A DNA stretch of 63,950 bases, the filler included, from Kipferlia bialata (lineage: Eukaryota): assembly GCA_003568945.1 (NCBI GenBank). It is 5 parts of 5 records of this genome, joined end to end, with 100 filler letters (N's around TTAATTAATTAA, not from the genome) between each part and the next. Parts side by side here need not be neighbours in the genome. Positions count along the whole stretch, not along the records: positions 48,155 to 57,370 come from BDIP01000659.1; positions 57,471 to 63,950 come from BDIP01000686.1; 3 more parts are not named here. One strand, given 5' to 3'. This document shows positions 55,199 through 63,950 of this stretch, one piece after another; the stretch's first letter is position 1; every line of letters begins with the position of its first letter. The notes under the pieces were generated by a model. That model worked only from the letters and a program-made list of their open reading frames with translations. It ran no database searches and had not been told where the DNA came from. Position numbers and translations under genes: made by a program.

Positions 55199-57140
55199 GG
55201 TAGATAGGGATACATATAAGTATAGATATATACATATATAGAAGGCCGAAGATAATGTGGAGATGGCAGCCGGGGGTTAGGATATGAATGATATACAAAC
55301 AACTATATATATACATATCTATATGGGTAGATATATGAATAGACATATACATGTAGAGAGCCAGAGATGAAGGGGGAGATGGCAGCTGGGGGTGATACAT
55401 TAGGGTATGGTTATATGAACCATTATACATTGGTAAATGAGAAATATGAATACACATATATAGAGATCCAGAGATGGAATTGGGGACTCCAGTCGGAGAG
55501 TGAGATCTACTACGTAAAACATGTAGTTCGTGTGTATGAAGCATAGCTGTGGCATCGGATGTCCTATACAACTATGCCTGGGGAATACATAACATATGAA
55601 TTAATATATGTGAGTTTACATACCTATGACTGGAGTGATGAGGATGCGCTCTGGGGGCATGAGACCCACAAGGGCACACAGACACACGCCTGGTGTTGGG
55701 GATAGATAGGTGTATATACAGAATACATACCAACATGCATATGATTGGTCAGAAGTGGGATACAAATCAATATAATATATATGGGCATGAGACCCACAAG
55801 GGCACACAGACACACGCCTGGTATTAGGGATATTCTCCATGGAATAGAATAGTAAATGTTATATAATTATGTGTATTGGGTATCAATATGGATTGATTGC
55901 ATAGACTAATATATATACACACATCAATATACCTGCCGCCGAGTACCCCATAGCCACGGTGTATTTATACATATCTCTAGATATATGAATATATATACAT
56001 ATACATGATAGTACCTGCCCCCGAGTACCCCATGGCCACTGTATTCATGTATATATATCCCAATAGACACATAGATATACACATATAACACCTGCCCCCG
56101 AGTACCCATATGGCCACTGCGTATACACATATATAGATCTCTCTCTCTATATATATATATATATACATATATGTACCTGCCCCTGAATAGCCCATGGCCA
56201 CTGCGTATGCCAGGCCTGCACTCAGCCTCATCTGACTCAGGGTGGACAGGGAGAGAGAGACATCATCGTCATACTCCTCACTCTCACTCTCTCCCTCCCT
56301 CTCCATGGCAACATCCCCAGAGGCACACTCGGAAGGAACATCTCCCTCTCCCTCTCCCTCTGCATCTCCACTCATTGTAGCATCTCCCTCTGCCTCTCCC
56401 TGGGTCTCTGCCGCAGCTTCCTCCTCCTCCTCCTCTGGCTCACTCTGAGAGTGAGAGGAGAATGATACCAATATACCACACATCTTCTCTGTGTACACAG
56501 GTACTATATACACCCACCTCGTATGTCGTCCTGTAGTCCAGTATGTAAAGCAAGTATATATAGATATATAATAGTATAGACAAACATACTCTATATTACC
56601 TCATAGGTCGTCCTGCAGTCCAGTATGTAAAGCATAAGAATGTCAATACATATACATAATAGTATGGTTATTTACTCTCTCTCCCACCTCGTATGTTGTC
56701 CTGCAATCCAGTATGTTAAGTGTATGGATATATATATATATATATTTATATAGGCATACACACTCCCTCCCACCTCGTATGTAGTCCTGCAGTCCAGTGT
56801 GTTAAGTGTATGCATATATATATATATCTATTTATATAGGCATACACACTCTCTCCCACCTCGTATGTTGTCCTGCAGTCCAGTGTGTTGAGCATAAGAA
56901 TGTCAATACATATACATAATAGTATGGTTATTTACACTCTCTCCCACCTCGTATGTTGTCCTGCAGTCCAGTATGTTAAGTGTATGGATATATATACATA
57001 TACATAAATGATATGGTTATTAGTATTGTGGTAGTATCTATACTCTCTCCCACCTCGTATGTTGTCCTGCAGTCCAGTGTGTTGAGCCTTGGGATGAGCT
57101 CTCCCAGCATGGGCTCAAAGTCAACATCCTCCAGCCAGTC
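48155..57140 (-). CDS. Large HEAT-repeat protein, possibly the cohesin regulator PDS5; truncated at both ends
   Basis: More than 25 short helical exons. GVCLCALVGLMPPE resembles PDS5 ACCLADIxRIYAPE, and ICEVLSHRVQDEKVAVRRTAIQGL resembles ERxxDKxxxVRxxAxxGL. A condensin HEAT subunit is not excluded. Confidence 0.5.
52238..52645 (-). repeat. Array of exon-end echoes encoding (D/E)YMVQQGL(V/L)M(K/I)DIP
   Basis: Five copies of cctggtatgtccttcatgaccaacccctgctgcaccatgtagtctgtgg-like sequence, including the real exon. Confidence 0.9.
56513..57090 (-). repeat. Array of seven copies of an exon 3' end plus donor (about 86-nt period)
   Basis: cccacctcgtatgttgtcctgcagtccagt near 56513, 56597, 56683, 56769, 56855, 56943 and 57049; only the last continues into the full exon (LNTLDCRTTYE|gt). 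Confidence 0.92.
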
Positions 57141-57291
57141 CTGACAATAAGGATATATATATATAGATGATACAATGCACATACACACACATACATATGT
57201 ATATATATATATACTCCCAGAGCCCCAAAGTCAACATCCTCCAGCCAGTCCCACAGGTGAGATACATATCAACATATATAAAGGTAAATAT

Positions 57292-57326
<35 letters not shown>

Positions 57327-57370
57327 AGGAGGAGGAGGGGGGGGGGGGGGGGGGTTTTTTTACCCCTCCC

Positions 57371-57470
57371 NNNNNNNNNNNNNNNNNNNNNNNNNNNNNN
57401 NNNNNNNNNNNNNNTTAATTAATTAANNNNNNNNNNNNNNNNNNNNNNNNNNNNNNNNNNNNNNNNNNNN
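57371..57470. other. Artificial contig spacer
   Basis: N run with TTAATTAATTAA linker. Confidence 0.97.
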
Positions 57471-57587
57471 TTGAATGAATTAGGTGAGCCAACCCCCCCC
57501 CCCCCCCCCCCCCCCCAATTTCGATTATCAGAGAGACTAACCGATCATCTTTGTGCTCTCTCCCACATTGTATAGTCTAACCCCCAG

Positions 57588-60500
57588 CTCGGAACCGAGT
57601 CTTCGTGGCTGTGTCTCTACCAGGGCATGCCCTCTCCTGTCACATTGGCACCTACATGGACACCCACGGTGATGCCACCCTATCCACTGGAGAGAGTGCC
57701 CCCACCGGCATGACCATTGACCCTGTCTCTAGTGATCCAGTCCCCAGGTGGCAGTGGCAGACAGTGCCGGAGGGACAGGGTGTGCCCGGGGTGGGACTGG
57801 AGCCAGTGGGAGTGGCCAGGTACCCTCACATTCACACGACGTATTGGTCTGATTTGCTTCGTACCAAATGCTACCCCCCCCCCCCGCCCCCCATTGTCTC
57901 TCATTCTATTTCCCCCTAATGCTCAGGATTGGTCATCGGATCTATGTTCTCTGCCAAGGGGAGAGACTGTACTCTCTCCACTGCTATGACCTTGACACTG
58001 GTCGGTGGATCCCAGAGAGAGACCTTCTAGTCGAGGCAGGAGACCACCAGGGTCCAAGTGAGTACCGTGTGCATGTGTAATAGTGCAACCACGTCACATA
58101 CTTGCACATATATTTTCCCACATCTGGCATTCTGTTGGTCACTTACGGCAGGTTGGCGCTTTAGCCCTGCCGTATTTGCTCTCAATGGATGGCTGCTTCT
58201 GGTAGGAGGGTCAAACGAGTTTGAGGGGTATGTAGATATATAGGTATATATATGTAGAGTGACATAAGTTATGTCCTCTCTTTGGATATTTTCTATGGAT
58301 ATCCCTATGGTATTATGTATTCTTACACCAGGAGTCCTCTCTACAGTGACGTGTGGGCATATGATCCAGCCACGAGGTATGTATATAGTGTGTCTTACTG
58401 TGCCGTATGATGTTCTGTGCCTATTCTCTCCACAGAGGGTCCAGAGTCCTAGTACCCCTTGTCTTCTCACTCTAGACACTGGGCTCTTGTTGGCGATGCT
58501 CCCTACCCACTGTATGAAGTATCAGTGTGTGTCTGTGGTAGCAAGGTGGGATATTTCACCATTCAGAGATATGATGTACACACAATAGCATTCTAATCTC
58601 AGGCATTCATCTTCAGTGGCAAGTACAAATCGTCGAGTCTACTGTACCGAGAGACCTATGTAACACTCTCTCTCTCTGGGGGTGTAGCAGTCTGGGGTGA
58701 CATAAGGCAGTTTCCAAAGGTGGGTACACAATTACACAATAGTCAGTTACAGTATTTAGTGGCATATCAACCCAAAGCAGTAAGAGTATACCATTTAGAA
58801 GTAGGTTTGATCTCTCTCATCGCAGTTCAAGGGATTCAATAGAATGACTGGCCTATACTGCATGGACCTGGGGGACTGGGTACTGCTCCAGTGTGAGAAT
58901 GCGAGCATGGCTCTGAGACCCTCTGCCAGTGGGAGGGATGAGTGGAGGGAGTGGGCGAGGCCTGGTAGACACCACATGATCCCAGACCACGTGTGCCGCC
59001 TCAACACCCACCAGTGGGTGTCTATTCAGTCAATGGCCGGTGGGAGTGTTACACACCCAGTCGAGATCATCTCCCTGCCCACCCCCGCAGTCGTCAGCCA
59101 GATCAGCGTGCGCTCTCTCCCTGATGCACTCTCCTGTACCAGTGTCGACATTGTGCATGATGTACTAGGGAGTATATGTCCCAATAGGGTCAGTGGTACA
59201 CATTGATACTATTGTTCTAGGTGTGGAGGCGTTCTTGCATCTTGATACCGTATAGTGTCCTGACTCTAGGAGCCTGACATCCTTGCTCTGTTTGCCTTGC
59301 TATTCCGCTTGGCTCATCTTTACGATGCACGGGCTACCCAGGCGTGCCTTGTCGTCATGTCCTCTATGACGGAGATCTATCCTGACAAGAACTTCCTGCT
59401 TATGTCTGGAGGAAACGTCAAGCCTCTCTTTGAGTCCGCCAAGATCTTCCTCCTCACTCTGTATGGGTCAAAGGATGTCCAGACCTTCACTGGTCCCATC
59501 CCCAGCAATGTCATGGATACAGTATCCCTAGCCGTCTCACTCTGCCACGACTGCTGGCTACCGGTCATCTTCTATATAATGGCTCATGTACGGCTCGTGT
59601 ATATACAGTTCTTTCCGCTAATATCTCATCTCTATTGTTGCTGACAACACCAGGTTACTGGGGCCGCCTCCAAACTGACTGAAGCCACTACGGACGTCAG
59701 TGTCCAGGGCTGTCTCCACATAGTCAACACCATAGTGCAGGGTCTGTGTGCGAGTACACCTCCTGAGTTGTGGCATCCACTGATAGGTACACCCTCAAGT
59801 ACATCAACATGAGTTTCAGATTCAATCTCTATTTCTGAAGGTGTAATGAATATTCGCGTCAGCATTGAAGTGTGTTTCGATACCGACCCTGACCCCAGCC
59901 AGCAGTCTGTCCATGAAGCATCCGGAAGGTGGGAATGACGGTGGAGAGAATAGACTGGGTGGGGATGGTCCCCTATCCAAGGTATTGTCCTGTCTCACTG
60001 CACTCTCCCATGGCGTCCAGGGTGTCGATGCCCTCCCTCTTTGGATGGCCCCTATGCAGACCTACCTCGACAAGGCGGAGGAGAGTGACCCGCTAGGAGT
60101 GGTTGTGGGTCGCGCCTCTCTCTCTGCCTGGGACAGTGGCGTCCCTACCATGCCCCCCAGGGATGCCATGGATATACTAAGACGAGACCTGGGTGGTGGG
60201 GGCTGGAACGACGTGTCTGCGCTGATGCAGTCTCTCCTTAGGATGGCTGTGCAGTTCCCAGTGTACATACCAGTGTGGACACAGATGGTCTCCCAGCTTG
60301 GAGGTAGAGGGTCCATTGGAGAGGTGGACCTCTCTTCTGTCTTGATCGGAACTGACTCCGTTCATCACGCACTGAGACTCCTATACGCCGCACCCCCCAT
60401 CTCTCGTCTACAGTTGCACCCGGACACTCCCACTCACATTGTACCCTATCTCCATAACGCTGCGAGTAGGAGGTCTGATGTGGAGGCGAGACCCCCTCGC

Positions 60501-61901
60501 GACCCTTACTCTGAGATGGGGACTGTACTCCAGATGCCTCCCCAGGGGGTGGTTGGCGAGGGACCCTCCATAGTCAGTCTGCACCCCGTGTGGTCTGACC
60601 TGGACGAGTTCTACTGTGCGACAGGGTACCCCATAGGAGGGGGTCGGTGTCTGATGCTGGTGCATGAGTATGAAGGGAACGGCAACTCCGTTGACTATTC
60701 CATGACATGTGAGTGGCTGGTGGTGCAGGAGGAGTCAGGCGAAGAGTCGGACGTGTTACGGCGGAGACATGAGGTCTCCCTGGAGACTGAGACTGTGAAT
60801 GAGGGCGCTCCCTGTCTGACACATGTGCGTTCCAGCTTCATGTGGATGTGTGGTGGTGCTCTGTACGTACTTCTGCACAGGGCTGAGTCAAAGGGCAGGA
60901 CCTTTGTGCCCTGTGCCGACCCCCATCTCTTGTACCGTGTAGACACAGAGACACTAGAGTGGACCCCCATCCCCGACATCAACCACCCCCCTGTTATGTG
61001 CACCACAGAGTGTGAGTATGTGTCTCTGGATGGGAAGCTCTTCCTGTACGGATGCATGCCCATTGACGCAGAGACTGGGTCTGTGGCTGAGGTCACCCCC
61101 CATACCAGTGGCACCACCCTGGTCTTTGACCCCGAGGCTCTGACGTGGCTCAGGGTCCAGGACTCCAGCCCGTATATGGGGTGTTCCGTGTGGAGACCTG
61201 TCACTTGTGAAGCCCAGGGGCGTGCCTACTTCCTGTTCAACCCCCTTCTCACAGAGAGGGCACCCATCGACTCGTCCCTATACACAGTCGACGAGTTTGG
61301 GAAGTGCCGTCCCCTTGGCGACACTCCTAGCAGGGACCACGTGCTCGTGTCCCCTGGGATGGCCTGTCTGGACAACACTATATATATGGCTAGTCCAGCC
61401 GCCAAGCACGGTGGGTGTACTATTCCCACAGTCAGACTCATATCCTTCCGGTTTCTGTTCTCATTCACACCCTCACCCATAGCCCTAGCGTTTGACACTC
61501 TGACTGGCGAGTACACCACCTGTGGCAAGTGTCCCTGTGTCTTTGAGGCAGTCTCAGATATGATGGGGTGGGTGGCATGTAGACGTTGGAGTGGTTGTTG
61601 CTGTGTCTTCTCACACATGATGTCTAAGTATGTCAGACTCACTCTCAGGTTCAAGACGTTCCAGCTTAGCGAGAGCACCTTCCTCCTGTACAATTCGGGA
61701 TCTGGTAGGGATTTGCTGATATATATATACATATATATATATACATCAATGATATATACGTCAATGTCTATTTAGAGAGAAGTACTCCCAATACACCTCT
61801 TAGATGTCCACATCTTGCCACTGACCCTAGGTATGAACCTCTGGGTTATGAGGGTGGACGTCGAGGCCCACAGAAGAGTGCAGGAGAAGTCGGTATGCTA
61901 G
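57588..61901 (+). CDS. Double Kelch-like propeller protein with central helical domain, 5'-truncated
   Basis: N-terminal blades (IGHRIYVL, CYDLDTGRW, ALNGWLLLVGG, VWAYDPAT), a helical middle (59270-60450) and second blades in the 636-aa ORF (CGGALYVL, VDTETLEW, LDGKLFLYG, VFDPEALTW). Ends VQEKSVC-TAG. Confidence 0.75.
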
Positions 61902-62076
61902 GCCCAGTGGTAGAGTTGGTGTACATAGTGGGGTGGAGCTGTGAAACACAATGTATAATGTGACCCCCATAAGTCACATATAATGGTCTTCCTTATCAGG
62001 TCTACTCTTCCACCACTTCGGAAAGAGGTTTGGACTGTTTCAATAGAGTGTCCGTTGCGTGTTGATCACGGCTTGA

Positions 62077-63261
62077 TCACACCCAAGTGGATGTGAGCTC
62101 ACTCATCCTACCCACTGATTCCAAGTTGTCTCCCACAACCCATGCGTAGTTACTCAGATATGTAGCGCGCTCCTCCTCACTAGATCTCTGGTAAATGGAT
62201 CTTATGTGTGCAAGGCTAGCCTTGACACTCGGATCCTCAGCAGGTGTAGAGTCATTGCTCATATAGCGCAGATCCCTTGCATACTTTATAACCCTGATAT
62301 CAGTACACCCTTTTGACATGCGGTATATATATATAGTATAGTAATACAGTAGTGTAGTATTGTAAATACACAATAATGAATACCCTACACCCCACCTGTT
62401 GTATGACACGAGCATGAAGGGCCTGTTGGGCATGGGCATCACCAGAGACACCGTGTTAGACAGGATGTCGTGGGGGAGGGAGGGGTGCATGTAGACAGAG
62501 TGGGGTGGACTAGGTGGGGTTGCTCCTTTACCACCCCCACCGAACTGGACACCCACACAGGAAATGACAAGGTCAAACCCCGAACAAACATCCTCAACAC
62601 TAGTGTGGATCTGTTGGTGGGGGGGGGATGGGATGGATGATTAGCACTGCCCAAAGGCATCCCAGACTACCACTGCATAGAGAGAGGATTACCTTGTGTA
62701 CAACCTCAATGTCAACACTCCCTGGCCTTATCTGGGCCCCACAAGCACTTGGGGAGGGATCAATGTTCATCTTGAAGCAGGTATGAAACTGGTTGACTCT
62801 GACTTTTGTGAACCTTGGGTAAGCAAAACAATATAGGTCAGACCATATGTACAGTGTGTGACAGTTGATATGATATCAATGAGTATATATGGACCTGGTA
62901 TCCCTCTCAAAGTGAGCATTCAATGCTGCCCTGCTCCCCTCATCATGGGGCCACAGGTCAAGGTCTCGGGGGAGGGATAGGTCACTGGTGTCATTGTCTC
63001 TGCCTTTCATCAGGCACTTGAAGGCACCCCCAGCCAGGCTGTACCTAACTGCTGATGGTTAGTGAGGTATCATGCGTCACTATGTCAACACCACTTGGGT
63101 CATTAGCGTGGTTATAGAGCTACACATCAATCACTACATTGACTGGACATCACATGCCACTCACCATGCCCCTCTACTTGGAGGGTGTCCAGTCCCAGTC
63201 TGTGGTGCCACTGACAGGCATAGAGACCCACACCATCAGGGGTCAGAGAGAGGGAGGCCAT
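62077..63261 (-). CDS. Small Pol-beta-superfamily nucleotidyltransferase (class II / CCA-poly(A) polymerase head-like)
   Basis: Five exons give YSLAGGAFKCLM...PRDLDLW (GG...DxD), DIEVV (third acid), GFDLVISCVGV (DFTxNA-like) and SYNRVIKYAR. Confidence 0.7.
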
Positions 63262-63404
63262 GCCCAATGGTGCTTAGTAAGGTAGTAGAGAGACTCTCTC
63301 AGACTCTGAGTCAGAGTGTGTATGAGTGACTGAACCCTTCCATCATAAACAGTGTAGCTTCACCCAGGACCTGGGCCAGGTGGCCTCTACTGCTCTATGC
63401 TGAT

Positions 63405-63822
63405 ATGTTGATATGCTGTGTCATTGGCGCTAGCTGCACCGGCAAGTCTACCATCACTCGCAACGCCGCTGCCATTCTGCATGCCCTGTGGGCTGACAAG
63501 AAGGATGAGGGGGAGGCGGGGGAGGATGCATCAGTACGATTCGCCAGAGAGAGGGAGAGAGAGAGACAGCGCCTGAGCGCTGAGCAGACAGTATCCTGTG
63601 AGACACCTGGAGAAGAAGGAACAGTATCACCTGCAGTGGATGCTGGGCCGATGTCTCAGGGTGGTGATGGGGCTGATGCTGTGGCACTGTCCATTGATGG
63701 TCTGGATCAACATAGTCACAATGAGGATACGCATCTTCCCGCGCTCCACCGCCACCTTGTTGTGTTGTGCCACGATGACTTTTACAAGGAGGAGGGGTTC
63801 GAGAAACACACGACAGCCACAG
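63405..63822 (+). CDS. P-loop nucleoside kinase (nicotinamide riboside / uridine kinase family), first exon only
   Basis: VIGASCTGKST Walker A and VLCHDDFYK; donor ACAG|gtatgc at 63822/63823. Confidence 0.75.
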
Positions 63823-63901
63823 GTATGCATTCACAGATCATGTTACCATCACAAAATAAATAATAAATCTCTTTCTATCTGTCTCCCCTTCTCCAGTACC
63901 G

Positions 63902-63950
<49 letters not shown>

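Noticed and set aside
56513..57090. CRISPR-like array (about 35-nt repeats with about 50-nt spacers)
   Set aside because: The repeat is the 3' end of a coding exon plus donor, spacers are AT-rich and duplicate one another, there are no cas genes and the context is eukaryotic.
1..63950. Hexamitid alternative code (TAA/TAG = Gln), tRNA/rRNA genes, scrambled genes
   Set aside because: Conserved proteins end at TAG/TGA/TAA where expected, no RNA gene was recognisable by eye, and exons are in normal order.

Overview
Intron-rich eukaryotic genomic DNA, not prokaryotic. The standard genetic code, (TA)n/(GA)n-rich introns, branch point fused to the acceptor (CTNAC-N3/4-AG), expanded Kelch-like family and Giardia-type cyst wall protein suggest a free-living fornicate such as Kipferlia bialata (inference). 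The window is five contigs joined by artificial N-TTAATTAATTAA-N spacers, so adjacency across spacers is meaningless. Most ORFs in the supplied track are intronic noise. Manual splicing supports about 16 genes: three Kelch-like propellers, a Ufd2/UBE4 U-box ligase, a RING-H2 ligase, a Giardia-like cyst wall protein, a bacterial-type NagB/PIG-L fusion, an SLC52-like transporter, IQCH-like and PDS5-like proteins, a class II-like nucleotidyltransferase, a nucleoside kinase and hypotheticals. Two signals stand out. (1) Introns are pervasively filled with decaying tandem 'echo' copies of the neighbouring exon ends with their splice sites; these include an apparent intron gain, a possible recursive splice point and a symmetric mini-exon array. 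(2) The cyst wall protein gene has six C(T/A)ACAG Myb2-type boxes in 120 bp of upstream DNA. All gene models were spliced by eye and family calls rest on remembered motifs, not searches.
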